NCBI GenBank assembly: GCA_050014495.1
Contig: JBEKDF010000003.1
Coordinates: 60,905-124,904 of the forward strand
Origin: Candidatus Bathyarchaeia archaeon
GTDB lineage: Archaea > Thermoproteota > Bathyarchaeia > TCS64
Reading direction: 5' to 3'
DNA length: 64,000 bases
Below are positions 8,713 to 19,725 of this stretch, piece by piece. The notes beneath the pieces were generated by a model. The model did not search any database and was not told the DNA's origin. It saw only the letters and a program-made list of their open reading frames with translations. The position numbers and the translations under genes were made by a program. How positions within the stretch are numbered: the first letter of the stretch is position 1; each line of letters opens with the position of its first letter.

Positions 8713-9930
8713 TTACTCACTCCTAGCTACCTTGGGAACGTAACCACGAACAGACTCGGGACTAAATTTTAGCATCTTGCCTTCTTCTGCAGATTTGTAG
8801 GCATGCATCATGAGCCGTGTGACAAGTAGGCCATCCCCCCAATCCTCTGTCGGCATCGCGCCACCCCTAAAGCTGTCAACCATATGCCTACACTCTGCGA
8901 CATAGCCGTATGCAGCTGCCTCGTCGGGGACGATGGGCATGAGGCCCTGCTCTGCGGCTTGCTTCTCGATGAAGTCCTCTGACTGCTCTGACTTTATATT
9001 CCTACTCAGGAAGACGTTAAGTTCCTGCTGCAAACTGTTCACACTTATCGAGTACTCCGGGCCGAGGACCTCCATGCTGAGACGGAGACCGGGACCACTG
9101 TAACACCAGCTTACATGCGTCTCTGAGAGGGCGCGCACCCCATCGTCCTCGTAGATAATATCAATGGACGCATAATCCTCAGCGGGAGTCTTAGCATAGT
9201 CGACGGCGTGTTGCCTCCTGAGTTGGGAGAGGGCGGGTTCCCTCGTCCACTTAAGGCTCTGGGTGCTACACTGGATGGTCTTAGGCTTGAGGCTGGCTTT
9301 CGTTTTATCGGGATCGGTCAGTAGGAACCTCGACGCCTCAATGCTGTGGCAGGCCATGTCGAGTAGGACGCCTCCCCCACTCCGACGTGGATCCCAGAAC
9401 CAGGCCATATGTGGGCCGCTGTGCTCCTCGGAAGCACGGGATAGATAAGGCCTCCCCGCGACCCTCGCCCCGTACCTCCAGACAGCATCTCGCCCCCTGA
9501 CGACGCTCGGTGAGAAGACTTGATTCTCCAGGTATCCGTGTAGTAGACCCGTCTTCTCTACACTTTTCAGCATCTCCTCAGCCTCATCTGCTGTCCTCCC
9601 GAGGGGCTTTTCACAGGCGACGCCGACTAAATTACCCCTACCCTGCGTAGCCTCCTCAGCGATGGCTCTTACAGTCTCGAGGCGAGTATAGTTGGGGTTC
9701 ATTATCCACGCCACGTTTACCTCCTTATCCTCCAAAGTGGAGTGTATGTCGGTATAGATTCTAGGCCTTGGTAGACCAAGAGACTCTATGTAGGCTGCGA
9801 GTTTCTTCGCTCCGCTCTCGTGAGGATTGTAGACCGCTGTTATATTGGCGTCCCTGACACCAGTCCAGCTTTGGGCCATGAAGCGGGCGATGAAGCCTGT
9901 ACCTATGAAGGCAACGCCTAGTCTTTCCAT
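8713..9930 (-). CDS. Gfo/Idh/MocA NAD(P)-dependent oxidoreductase
   Basis: IGTGFIA Rossmann motif, CEKP, GGGVLLDMACH. Confidence 0.9.
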   Translation of the reverse strand: MERLGVAFIGTGFIARFMAQSWTGVRDANITAVYNPHESGAKKLAAYIESLGLPRPRIYTDIHSTLEDKEVNVAWIMNPNYTRLETVRAIAEEATQGRGNLVGVACEKPLGRTADEAEEMLKSVEKTGLLHGYLENQVFSPSVVRGRDAVWRYGARVAGRPYLSRASEEHSGPHMAWFWDPRRSGGGVLLDMACHSIEASRFLLTDPDKTKASLKPKTIQCSTQSLKWTREPALSQLRRQHAVDYAKTPAEDYASIDIIYEDDGVRALSETHVSWCYSGPGLRLSMEVLGPEYSISVNSLQQELNVFLSRNIKSEQSEDFIEKQAAEQGLMPIVPDEAAAYGYVAECRHMVDSFRGGAMPTEDWGDGLLVTRLMMHAYKSAEEGKMLKFSPESVRGYVPKVARSE

Positions 9931-10024
9931 GGTTGTTCTTTACACCTCCGATTGATTAAATCTGTTCGTGGAATGTGGGGCCTTTAAGTGGCTTATAGTG
10001 GCAATTTGGGGGCTCTTATTTGGT

Positions 10025-10885
10025 TTAGCTTTGAATGCTCTGGCTCTGGGAACGCTGCTTCGATGTTGAACTGATTCTCTTGAACCCAAGTATCAGAATG
10101 AGACCCAGGATCGCCGTGAGCACGATTGTGGCACCTGAAGCCGTGTCAAGGATTATGCTTATGAGTAAACCTGCTATGACGCTGATTGTGCTGAACACAG
10201 GTGACAGGATGAGGGTATGTTTGAAGGAGCTGCTGACCTGCAGACTCATCAGCGCAGGGATGACTATCATCGCTGAGATGAGAAGAACTCCGACTATAGG
10301 TATCGAGGCTATTACCACGATTCCCGTGAGGACGCTGATTAGGTAGTCGAAGAAGGAGGTGCTAATACCGGAGGCCCTTGCCTGAGACTCATCGAAGGTT
10401 GTGTACTGCAGTTCTTTATAAAAAACAAGAATGACCCCCAGAGTCAAGACTAGGACGACCCCAGCAGTGAGTATCTGTGTGGAGTCGACGAGGAGAATGC
10501 TGCCAAAGAGCAAGCTATCTAAATTGACTCCGAAGCCCCGAGCCAGGCTCAGGAGTACTACCCCGGAGGCGAGCCCCAACTGGAGGATAACTGCCACTGC
10601 TGCATCTCCAGAGATTTTCTTGGAGCGTGTCGACTTCGTTATCCCTATGGCGCCAACGACCACTACAACTGCTGCCGCCCAGAGAGGGACTACGTCTAGA
10701 TAGTAACCAAGTGCCAGACCACCAAAAGCAGTGTGGGCGAGGCCGTCGCCAATGAGGGAAATCTTCTTCAGAACTATGAAGACGCCAAGGACACTACTCG
10801 CCAGGGCTATGATGATGCCCACTAGGAAGGCCCTCTGAATGAAGGGCTCCATAAGTAGACTTAGGAGGCTGCTAAGCATGATCAT
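10025..10885 (-). CDS. znuB: Zn/Mn ABC transporter permease
   Basis: GDGLAHTAFGG, LLFGSIL and TFDESQARASG motifs; multiple TM segments. Confidence 0.9.
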   Translation of the reverse strand: MIMLSSLLSLLMEPFIQRAFLVGIIIALASSVLGVFIVLKKISLIGDGLAHTAFGGLALGYYLDVVPLWAAAVVVVVGAIGITKSTRSKKISGDAAVAVILQLGLASGVVLLSLARGFGVNLDSLLFGSILLVDSTQILTAGVVLVLTLGVILVFYKELQYTTFDESQARASGISTSFFDYLISVLTGIVVIASIPIVGVLLISAMIVIPALMSLQVSSSFKHTLILSPVFSTISVIAGLLISIILDTASGATIVLTAILGLILILGFKRISSTSKQRSQSQSIQS

Positions 10886-11669
10886 TGTGAGTCAGGTGCT
10901 CCAGTGGGTAGTCGCAGACTCTGCCATCCTCAGTGATCTCAATTGGGTAGTCGTACATCCTCGAGAGGACCTGATCACTGAGCTCAGAGGTCGAGCCCTG
11001 GAAGAGAAGCGAACGGTGGAGGAATGCTACCCTGTTAGTGAGTGACTTCACCACTCCTATATCGTGGGTGGAGAGCATCATAGTAATTCCTCTTACTCTA
11101 TTCAGCTCCGCGAGGATCCTATAGATCTCAACCCTGGAGGGGGAGTCCACGCCACTAGTGGGCTCGTCGAGGACGAGGAGGTCAGGGTCGCCGACGAGGG
11201 CCTTCGCCATGAGGACCCGTTGGGATTGCCCCCCCGATAGTTCCCCCATCTTTCTTCTACTTAGTTCATGGATCCCAAGCAGCCTTAGTACCTCCTCAGC
11301 CTTGTTGTAGTCCTCATGCCCGAGACGATGTAGGGGTCCTGCTCTGGGGGTACGCCCCATGAGAACCGTCTCGTAGACAGTAAAGGGGGAGTTGGCTTCG
11401 GCGGTGGCGACCTTCTGAGGGACATAGCCTACCCTACGCAGACCAGATGCGGACACGGAGCCGCCGAAGAGGCTTACTGAGCCACGCTTAGGTGGTGTCA
11501 ATCCAAGCAGCACGTTCAATAGAGTCGTCTTCCCGGCTCCATTTGGCCCAATGATTCCTAGAAAATCTCCCTCGTAGATGTCGAGGGTTATGTGGCTGAG
11601 TGCGTCGACGTCTCCACCGTAGGTTACATCGACATCAACGAATCTTGCAACGGTTTTTTCACTCGACAT
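10872..11669 (-). CDS. znuC: Zn/Mn ABC transporter ATPase
   Basis: GPNGAGKT, GYVPQ, LSGGQ, LLVLDEP, STHD. Confidence 0.9.
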   Translation of the reverse strand: MSSEKTVARFVDVDVTYGGDVDALSHITLDIYEGDFLGIIGPNGAGKTTLLNVLLGLTPPKRGSVSLFGGSVSASGLRRVGYVPQKVATAEANSPFTVYETVLMGRTPRAGPLHRLGHEDYNKAEEVLRLLGIHELSRRKMGELSGGQSQRVLMAKALVGDPDLLVLDEPTSGVDSPSRVEIYRILAELNRVRGITMMLSTHDIGVVKSLTNRVAFLHRSLLFQGSTSELSDQVLSRMYDYPIEITEDGRVCDYPLEHLTHNDHA

Positions 11670-12591
11670 TGTTCAGAGCCACCGTAATATTGTTGGCATC
11701 GTCACGCATAAGGGCGATGTAGTCTTTCCCCGTAACGAGATCAGTGGGGGTCAGACCCTCGATTGGGTTCATGAGGATCAGCGTTGCGTTTGTCTGCCCG
11801 CTTATGGCCTGGGGGATAGCAGTGTTCTCAAGGGACTCATATCCGACATATCGAAGGTGATACTGTTTGATTGCAGAGACTACACCCTGTATATCACTCG
11901 GGGTAGGCTCCTCTTGGAAGGGACCCTGTATTGGGATCTGTGTGAGGTTGTAACGGCTCGCGAAGTAGGCGAAGGCCTCATGGAAAGTGACGAAGTACTT
12001 CGTCTTCGTCGTACTGACCTCGCTTAATATCTGAGCATCTAAGGCATCGAGTTTAGCCTCATAGGTGTCAGCATTGGACCTGTAATAAGCTGCGTTTCCC
12101 GGGTCCGCCCCCATAAGAGCCGTGGCTATATTCTCTACCTGCTGCCGCGCACGAGTTGGATCGAGCCAGATATGGGGGTCAATGGTCTGACCTTGCCTCT
12201 GGAACTCTGGCGGGACGGGTAGGAGGTTTATTCCTTGACTCGTGTCAACAACGATAAGGGAGGGTCTATCTATGGCGGCGAGAAGGCGAGGTACCCAAGG
12301 CTCCAATCCCGCCCCATTGATTATGAGGATGTCCGCTGTGGCCACTTTTTCGATGTCTGAGGGAGTGGGCTCGAAATTGTGTACATCGACTGTCTCGGGG
12401 ACGAGGATAGAGACATTTGCCCTGTTACCCGCCACGTTTGAGGCAAAATCATAGAGAGGATAGAATGTAGTTAGGATGGTGAGACCCCTTTCCTTAGGCT
12501 GCGGTTGCTCCGCTGATGTCAGCGCATATGCAGAGATTGCGATGGCAACAATTGCCACTGCAGATATAGTCGCAATCACTTTGAGCCTCAT
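11659..12591 (-). CDS. znuA: Zn/Mn ABC transporter substrate-binding protein
   Basis: N-terminal TM/signal, DVHNFEPTP, DPHIWLDP, FHEAFAYF. Confidence 0.9.
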   Translation of the reverse strand: MRLKVIATISAVAIVAIAISAYALTSAEQPQPKERGLTILTTFYPLYDFASNVAGNRANVSILVPETVDVHNFEPTPSDIEKVATADILIINGAGLEPWVPRLLAAIDRPSLIVVDTSQGINLLPVPPEFQRQGQTIDPHIWLDPTRARQQVENIATALMGADPGNAAYYRSNADTYEAKLDALDAQILSEVSTTKTKYFVTFHEAFAYFASRYNLTQIPIQGPFQEEPTPSDIQGVVSAIKQYHLRYVGYESLENTAIPQAISGQTNATLILMNPIEGLTPTDLVTGKDYIALMRDDANNITVALNNVE

Positions 12592-12776
12592 AGTTATGTG
12601 ATATACGCACCAATTTATTAATGATTTGAATATTATTATTAATTATTGTTATATAAACAAGATTTTTTTATTAATTATAATTTTATTGATCTCTCAACGA
12701 CAATAAATGCAAAAACTAATAATAATCTGGTTTAGAAGTGGATTAAAAAGAGTACATCTAACAACCTTTTGGATAT

Positions 12777-13679
12777 TTAAAGGAGTTTTAGATCAGCAAG
12801 TATCATTGCAAGACGGTTTCTCCCTTCATCATTGAGGGGTATCTTAGGGCTCCTACTGGTTGCGGCATTGATGACCCCCCGGTGCTTTAGGGTCTCCTTC
12901 TCTATCTCAGCGGTTGCCCCAGGGCTTGAGTGGAAGAAGTCTACCCAGGGCTTGTATCTGGCGTATGCTGCATCAGCTTTTTTTAGATTACCCTTTTTGG
13001 CGTTTATCCAGATCTCCTTAATGAGGTCGGTAAGGCAGGCGCTGGGAATAGTCCCGTCAGCGCCTAGCTCTGCCTCTTGGAGGATTAGCTTAGCCGCCAT
13101 TCCTCCGAATACTGTGACGCGACCAGGCATTAGGCGCTTAATATCGCGGAGCTTGTCGAGGGTGCCTGGGCCTTCTAACTTTATGCTGGCTAGGTTGCTG
13201 TGCTCATCAGCGATGTCGATGTAGGTGGTTGGGCATATGTGTATCCCTGTTGCGTCCTCGGCGTCTTGGAGCATTACTGGGAGGCTGGTGGCACTACAGA
13301 TGTCGGAGATGTGCTTTTTGACAATGGCGCGATTAGGATTATGGTTAAAGTAAGGGACCATTGCTATAATGCCATCGGCACCCCTATCCTCAGCGTGCTT
13401 CGCTAAGCGTATTGCTAGCTCGGTTCCACTGTGGCTCACCCCGAAGAGCAATGGCACACGGCCATCAACCGCTTCAACTGTTGCATCGAGGATGTCCATT
13501 CGCTCATCTTCACTGAACTTGAAGAACTCTCCCGCGATTATCCCGGGGCACAAGCCGTCCGCCCCCCACTTTATATTCGCCTCTATTTCATCGCGCATGC
13601 CCATCACGTCTAGGTTACCTTTTACATCTGTTATGGTGCATAGGGCGGGAAAGACCCCAGCCCAATCAGGCTTGACCAT
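12777..13679 (-). CDS. DapA/dihydrodipicolinate synthase-family aldolase
   Basis: GVFPAL, AGEF, Schiff-base Lys in SIKLE, VFGG. Confidence 0.85.
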   Translation of the reverse strand: MVKPDWAGVFPALCTITDVKGNLDVMGMRDEIEANIKWGADGLCPGIIAGEFFKFSEDERMDILDATVEAVDGRVPLLFGVSHSGTELAIRLAKHAEDRGADGIIAMVPYFNHNPNRAIVKKHISDICSATSLPVMLQDAEDATGIHICPTTYIDIADEHSNLASIKLEGPGTLDKLRDIKRLMPGRVTVFGGMAAKLILQEAELGADGTIPSACLTDLIKEIWINAKKGNLKKADAAYARYKPWVDFFHSSPGATAEIEKETLKHRGVINAATSRSPKIPLNDEGRNRLAMILADLKLL

Positions 13680-13764
13680 GTCTTATTTAGGGCAGTCATT
13701 CCCCTTAACGGTTACCACGAAAAGTGTTTTCTAAGCCTTTGGCGGAGCCACTCTCAGTGATCCG

Positions 13765-16212
13765 ATGACGAGGCTACCCTACTCAAAAAAGAGCCTGAGA
13801 GAGATGGGCCCACAACGCAGCTACGGCCCAGAAGCGACGCAAGCCGCGTTCCTCCTCGGAGGAATCGGTACCGGAAACGTTAGCGTCGGAGCGCGGGGAG
13901 AGCTCCGTGATTGGGAGATATTCAACAGGTCGGCTAAGGGGCAGAGGATGCCATACAGCTTCTTTAGCATCGCGGTGAAAAATGAGGAAAAGGTCTATAC
14001 TCGTGTCCTCGAGTCGCGGCTGACCCCGCCTTACGCAGAGAGCCATGGTTTTCATCCTAGCACCACTGCTGGTCTCCCCCGCTTCGCCCATAGCGAGATG
14101 CGTGGCGAGTATCCCTTCTGTTGGGTTGATCTCTGGGACGATGAGCTCCCATTAAAGATCACATTGGAAGCCTTCACGCCCCTCATACCTCTAGAGCCCG
14201 ATGACTCAGGCATCCCGACTGCCACTCTCACATTCATCGTCAAGAACACAGGCACGACTCCCATCGAGGCCACGATTGTTGGCAGCCTCACCAACGCCGT
14301 GGGCTATACTGGCGTCGACCAGTTTGGCGCCCTAAATACACAAGGATTCGGAGGCAACGTCAACGAACTCCGCAGAGAGCAGGGGCTCACAGGGTTATAC
14401 CTCTGGTCCAAGAAACACCCCGAGGATGACATCCTCCACGGTAGCCTCGCTTTGGTGACTACCAACAAGCACACGACTCATAAGCCTCATTGGTTACGGA
14501 GCGGCTGGTGGGATCCACTTCGAGAGTACTGGGACGACCTCCAAGATGCCAAACTAACCCCCCACGATTACACTGATCCAAGTGAGGAAGGTAAGACTGA
14601 CATCGCAAGCATTGGTGCCACAGAGATAATTAAACCCGGTGAGGAGAAACAGTTTCGCTTCATTCTCTCATGGCATTTCCCAAATAGGGTCAAGCACTGG
14701 GACCAGCGTCTCTGCGCCTGCGGTGGCGACTGTGAGCAGGGTATCGCTCGAAATCACTATGCGACCCGATTCATGGACGCCTGGGAGGTCGCTCGTTACG
14801 TGGTTGACAAATGGGACTACCTCGATGGTATGACCCGTGCTTTCCACGAAGCCCTGTTCAGAAGCACGCTCCCTAAAATCATCCTCGACGCCGCATCGGC
14901 AAACATCACTGTGTTACGTAGCAACACCTGCTTCTGGCTCGAAGATGGCAAATTTCTCGCCTTCGAGGGCTGCTTCGACGACGCCGGCTGCTGCAGTGGC
15001 AGTTGCACCCACGTCTGGAACTACGAGCAGACCCTAGCCTATCTCTTCCCAACACTTGAGCGGAGCATGAGGGAAACCGAGTTCCGCAACGAGACTGATA
15101 CGGATGGCAGGATGAACTTCCGCGCCAGCCACGTTTTCCCTAGCAGTATCAACTGGGACACCGCTGACCCCGCAAGCGACGGCCAGCTTGGTAGCATAAC
15201 CCGTGTATATCGTGAGTGGAAACTTTCAGGGGACACTGCGTGGATGACGGGTCTCTGGCCCCAGGTCAAGCTCAGCATGGAATATAGCATAAGAACCTGG
15301 GATCCCGATTTAGATGGAGTCACCGGAGGTCGTCAGCACAACACATACGACATTCAGTTCTACGGTCCTAACCCTCTAACCGGCATCATTTACCTAGCTG
15401 CCCTCAGGGCAGCCAGTAAAATGGCGGAGGCTGCGGGAGACTACGAGGTCGCCGACCGCTACAGCTACCTCCTAGCTAAGGGAAGCAGGAACCTAGATAA
15501 AGAGCTCTGGAACGGTGATTACTACGAGCAGCGCCTCCCTGACGTCGATGCATACAAATACCAACACGGTGTCGGCTGCCTAGCTGATCAGCTCCTAGGG
15601 CAACTTAACGCCCACCTCGCTGGCCTCGGATACCTCCTACCCCCGCGGAGGGTTAAGAAGGCGATAAGCGCTGTATATCATAACAATCTCCTAACCGACT
15701 TCACCCACCACGACAACTGCCAACGAACTTATGCCCTCAATGATGAGGCTGGCCTCCTCCTCTGCACTTGGCCGCGCGCGCGCGGAAGGCCCAAGATACC
15801 CTTCCCATATAGCCACGAGGTATGGACGGGGATAGAGTACCAGGTCGCATCCCACCTAATCTGGGAGGGGCTGTTAGACGAGGGACTCGCCGTTGTGAAA
15901 GCGGTGAGAGATCGTCACGACGGTGTTAGGCGAAACCCGTGGGACGAGTTTGAGTGTGGCCACCACTACGCACGGAGCATGTCTAGCTGGGGCCTTATCC
16001 TCGCCCTAAGTGGTTACCAGTGCGATATGGAGGATAAGAGGATCAGTTTCGACCCACGGATCAACGAGGGAGACTTCCGATGCTTCTGGAGCACCGGCAA
16101 CGCTTGGGGTATTTATACACAGCAGTTGGACAAAAAGGGCAAGCTCATCTACGACATAGAAGTCCTTCACGGCGTCTTGAAAGACGTCAAGGTAAACGGG
16201 AATACTCAATAG
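13765..16212 (+). CDS. GH116 family glycoside hydrolase (beta-glucosidase/glucosylceramidase-like)
   Basis: LGGIGTG, WEIFN, FEGC...CTHVWNY, HNTYD, EVWTGIEY and RNPWDEFECGHHYARSMSSW. Confidence 0.92.
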   Translation: MTRLPYSKKSLREMGPQRSYGPEATQAAFLLGGIGTGNVSVGARGELRDWEIFNRSAKGQRMPYSFFSIAVKNEEKVYTRVLESRLTPPYAESHGFHPSTTAGLPRFAHSEMRGEYPFCWVDLWDDELPLKITLEAFTPLIPLEPDDSGIPTATLTFIVKNTGTTPIEATIVGSLTNAVGYTGVDQFGALNTQGFGGNVNELRREQGLTGLYLWSKKHPEDDILHGSLALVTTNKHTTHKPHWLRSGWWDPLREYWDDLQDAKLTPHDYTDPSEEGKTDIASIGATEIIKPGEEKQFRFILSWHFPNRVKHWDQRLCACGGDCEQGIARNHYATRFMDAWEVARYVVDKWDYLDGMTRAFHEALFRSTLPKIILDAASANITVLRSNTCFWLEDGKFLAFEGCFDDAGCCSGSCTHVWNYEQTLAYLFPTLERSMRETEFRNETDTDGRMNFRASHVFPSSINWDTADPASDGQLGSITRVYREWKLSGDTAWMTGLWPQVKLSMEYSIRTWDPDLDGVTGGRQHNTYDIQFYGPNPLTGIIYLAALRAASKMAEAAGDYEVADRYSYLLAKGSRNLDKELWNGDYYEQRLPDVDAYKYQHGVGCLADQLLGQLNAHLAGLGYLLPPRRVKKAISAVYHNNLLTDFTHHDNCQRTYALNDEAGLLLCTWPRARGRPKIPFPYSHEVWTGIEYQVASHLIWEGLLDEGLAVVKAVRDRHDGVRRNPWDEFECGHHYARSMSSWGLILALSGYQCDMEDKRISFDPRINEGDFRCFWSTGNAWGIYTQQLDKKGKLIYDIEVLHGVLKDVKVNGNTQ

Positions 16213-16306
16213 CCTTTAACAGCACACCATATAAGCAGGTAGAACCCGTCCACCAATTGTTAAAGGGGGGCAAACAACGGCTACTAGAAAACCCGCCGAA
16301 TCTCAC

Positions 16307-18868
16307 ATGCAGGGTGAGGCGGAACTAGTCTCCACAACCGAGCTACTTACTCTCCCACCCGCCGAGGTCCTGAAGAAACTCGACTCGAAGGATCAGGGCC
16401 TCACCACAGAGGAAGCGGGAAAACGCCTCGAGTTGTACGGAGCGAACGAGGTCGCCGTCCGAAAGAGACGCGCGACCGCTATCGAGTTCCTCCTCCAGTT
16501 CCGCAGTCCCCTCATACTTCTACTGATATTCGCGGGTGCCGTTTCCCTATACTTCGGTGAGGCCATCGACTCTATCATAATATTCACCATTATAATTGCG
16601 AGTGCCTCCCTCGATTTCTACCAGCAGTCGAAGGCGCACCAAGCTGCCGAGCTTCTCCGCTCAAAGCTCATATCCACTTGCACGGCCCTCAGGGATAGTA
16701 ATAAGAAGGAGGTGAAATTCACTGAGGTGGTCCCGGGGGACATCCTCTACTTCTCTGCTGGGGACATGATCCCAGCTGACTCCCGCATACTCCTCGCCAA
16801 AGACTTTTTCGTCAACCAATCAGCCCTCACCGGCGAGTCGTTCCCCGTAGAGAAGATCGCGGTTCCCCTCGTAGAAGCTGGGACATCACTCACCGACTGG
16901 ACAAACATGGCTTTCACAGGGAGCAGCGTGGTCAGCGGGACCGCAACAGCCGTCGTCGGGAGAACCGGAAGTTTCACCGAGTATGGCAAAATAGCGAAGA
17001 CACTCGCCTCCCGGGGCGAAGAAACAGAGATGGAGCGAGGCCTGCGTCGCTTCGGCTACCTCATAATGCAGATAACTTTCCTCCTCGTCATCTTCGTCTT
17101 CTTCGTCAATGCTTTCTTCATGAGGGGACTCCTCGATTCCCTCCTTTTCAGCGTCGCGCTCGCCGTCGGCCTAACCCCCGAACTCCTACCCATGATAATC
17201 TCTGTCAACCTAAGCAAAGGCGCCTTTGCCATGAGCAAACGCGGCGTCCTCGTAAAGCGTCTAAACTCAATCCAAAACTTCGGGAGCATGGACGTGCTCT
17301 GCACAGACAAAACGGGTACCCTTACTGAGAACAAGATCACCTTGGTCCTACACATCGACATCGAGGGCAGAGACGACGATAGAGTCCTAGAATATGGTTA
17401 TTTAAACAGCTACTACCAAACAGGGCTCAGGAGCCCTCTCGACGAGGCAATATTGGCCTTCAGGAACGTTCTAGTATCGGACTACCAAAAAGTCGACGAA
17501 ATACCTTTCGACTTTATGAGGCGACGCGTCTCCATAGTCGTCTCCAAGAACGGGGGTAGGCTCCTGCTAACGAAGGGCGCTCCTGAAGAGATCCTGAGTG
17601 TCTGCGCCCACGCCGACATCGCTGATGGAGCCACCGACCTCATTGAGTCGGTTAAGGAGAGAATAATCACCCAGTATAGGGAGTTAAGCGCACAGGGATT
17701 CAGAGTCCTTGGCGTATCTTATAAGAAGCTAAGAGACGAGAAGCCATCCTACTCGGTAGGAGACGAGAACGATATGGTGTTCCTCGGCTTCGTGGCGTTC
17801 CTCGACCCCCCTAAGCAGACTGCGATGGAGAGCCTCAACCTCCTCAACCACGTCGGCGTCGAACTCAAGATACTTACAGGGGACAACGAGCTCGTCACCC
17901 TCCATACATGCGAGCAGCTCGGCTTCAAGGTGAAACGCGTCGTCCTCGGCAGCGATATCGCCCAAATGGGAGATGAAGCCATTCAACGCGTCGTCGAGGA
18001 GGCAAACGTCTTCGCCAGAGTCAACCCAAGCCAAAAAGACAGGATAATGGGTGCACTCCGGAGGAATGGGCACGTAGTGGGCTTCCTAGGTGACGGCATC
18101 AACGATGCGCCAAGCCTAAAGCGCGCTGACGTCGGGATAAGCGTCGATAATGCAGTCGATGTCGCCAAGGAGAGCGCGGATATAATTCTCCTCCAGAAGG
18201 ATCTCACTGTCCTCCAGAACGGGGTCATAGAGGGGCGTAGAACCTTCGGCAACACCATGAAGTACATAATGATGGGGACCAGCAGCAACTTCGGCAACAT
18301 GTTCAGTGTCGCAGGTGCCTCCCTTTTCCTCCCCTTCCTACCTATGCTCCCCACACAAATCCTCTTGAACAACCTCCTATACGACCTCAGCCAGACCACT
18401 ATCACAACTGATCACGTCGACGAGTCCTACGTCGAGAAGCCAAAGAAGATGAACATCCGATTCATCCGTCGTTTCATGATATGGTTCGGCCCGATAAGCA
18501 GCCTCTTCGATTTCCTAACCTTCTTCATCATGATGTGGGTCTTCTCCGCCTCGCAGGGACTCTTCCAAACAGGGTGGTTCCTCGAGTCCCTTACGACGCA
18601 GACCCTCGTCGTCTTCATAATTAGGACGCAGCTAGTTCCCTTCTGGAGGAGCAGACCGAGTAAATATCTCGTGGCCACGTGTCTCGCAATACTCATATTT
18701 GCATTTGCGTTACCGTATACCCCCATAGGCGCTCTTTTCGGTTTCACTCCACCCCCGCTGATTTTCTATCCGCTTCTCGCTGCCCTTGTATTCACCTATC
18801 TTGCCATGGTCGAGGGTGTCAAACTCCTCTTCTACAGGAGGTACATACACCTCCTCGAAAGCGGATGA
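16307..18868 (+). CDS. mgtA: Mg2+-transporting P-type ATPase
   Basis: TGES, LTPELLP, DKTGT, KGAPE, GDGINDAP and SSNFGNMFS. Confidence 0.92.
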   Translation: MQGEAELVSTTELLTLPPAEVLKKLDSKDQGLTTEEAGKRLELYGANEVAVRKRRATAIEFLLQFRSPLILLLIFAGAVSLYFGEAIDSIIIFTIIIASASLDFYQQSKAHQAAELLRSKLISTCTALRDSNKKEVKFTEVVPGDILYFSAGDMIPADSRILLAKDFFVNQSALTGESFPVEKIAVPLVEAGTSLTDWTNMAFTGSSVVSGTATAVVGRTGSFTEYGKIAKTLASRGEETEMERGLRRFGYLIMQITFLLVIFVFFVNAFFMRGLLDSLLFSVALAVGLTPELLPMIISVNLSKGAFAMSKRGVLVKRLNSIQNFGSMDVLCTDKTGTLTENKITLVLHIDIEGRDDDRVLEYGYLNSYYQTGLRSPLDEAILAFRNVLVSDYQKVDEIPFDFMRRRVSIVVSKNGGRLLLTKGAPEEILSVCAHADIADGATDLIESVKERIITQYRELSAQGFRVLGVSYKKLRDEKPSYSVGDENDMVFLGFVAFLDPPKQTAMESLNLLNHVGVELKILTGDNELVTLHTCEQLGFKVKRVVLGSDIAQMGDEAIQRVVEEANVFARVNPSQKDRIMGALRRNGHVVGFLGDGINDAPSLKRADVGISVDNAVDVAKESADIILLQKDLTVLQNGVIEGRRTFGNTMKYIMMGTSSNFGNMFSVAGASLFLPFLPMLPTQILLNNLLYDLSQTTITTDHVDESYVEKPKKMNIRFIRRFMIWFGPISSLFDFLTFFIMMWVFSASQGLFQTGWFLESLTTQTLVVFIIRTQLVPFWRSRPSKYLVATCLAILIFAFALPYTPIGALFGFTPPPLIFYPLLAALVFTYLAMVEGVKLLFYRRYIHLLESG

Positions 18869-18921
18869 TTCCCTGGGTAAATGCTTTAATCCCTCCTATG
18901 CTCTCGGATGGGAGACAAGTA

Positions 18922-19566
18922 TTGTCATGGGATGCCGAATACTCCAAGAACAGGCAGATTTGGGGGGAGAGGCCGAGCGAGCTTGCTCTCGAAGCGGCGA
19001 AGAGGCTCATCCGCTCTAAAGGCAGGCCTATGAGGGTCCTAGATGTGGGCTGTGGCTACGGTAGGGACACAATCTACATAGCTAAGAGTCTCGGCTTCAG
19101 GATTCTCGGCATCGACATCTCAGAAAAGGCCATAGAGCTGGCGAAGGAGAACGCTGTCAACGCTCTCGCTAAGGAAGCAGAGTTCAAAGTTGTGGACTTT
19201 CGTGAACTCCACGGCTTATTCGATGCTATCCTTGTTTCCAACCTTTATCACCTTCTCAATCCACAGGGTCGGCTCGACCTTTCCCAGCACGTGACGAGGC
19301 TTCTCGCACCTGGCGGCAGGCTCTTCCTTAACGCCATCTCTGTCCGGGACAAGGAGCACTACGGCGTAGGTACACCCGTCCTAGGGGAGGAGAATACTTG
19401 GGTCGATGGGAAATACATCCACCTCTCAACTGAAGAGGAGCTACGCTACGAATTCGCTGCCCTCACCATCCAAGAGCTCTACGAGCACGAATATGAGGAG
19501 CCCCATCCTGGAGCGAGGACCCACAACCACTTGGCTTGGATAATTGTCGCTGAGGAGGCTGGCTAG
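18922..19566 (+). CDS. Class I SAM-dependent methyltransferase
   Basis: VLDVGCGYG, GIDIS, LAPGG. Start uncertain: TTG 18922 chosen; the long 5' extension in the ORF track overlaps mgtA. Confidence 0.85.
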   Translation: MSWDAEYSKNRQIWGERPSELALEAAKRLIRSKGRPMRVLDVGCGYGRDTIYIAKSLGFRILGIDISEKAIELAKENAVNALAKEAEFKVVDFRELHGLFDAILVSNLYHLLNPQGRLDLSQHVTRLLAPGGRLFLNAISVRDKEHYGVGTPVLGEENTWVDGKYIHLSTEEELRYEFAALTIQELYEHEYEEPHPGARTHNHLAWIIVAEEAG

Positions 19567-19725
19567 AATATTATAGGATCACCGAGATCATTAGGAATTA
19601 AATACCCAGTTTGGCAGAACTATGCTGCTCGCGTAACGACTAATCAGGTGTAGAAAGAAGGCATTCAGGTAATGTTTCGAGTTCATGCATGTGGTGATTT
19701 TTAAAATAGATTACCTTCAAAATGT

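Noticed and set aside
18679..18921. Long N-terminal extension of the methyltransferase ORF
   Set aside because: Largely overlaps mgtA out of frame and looks like non-protein sequence; a later start is more plausible.
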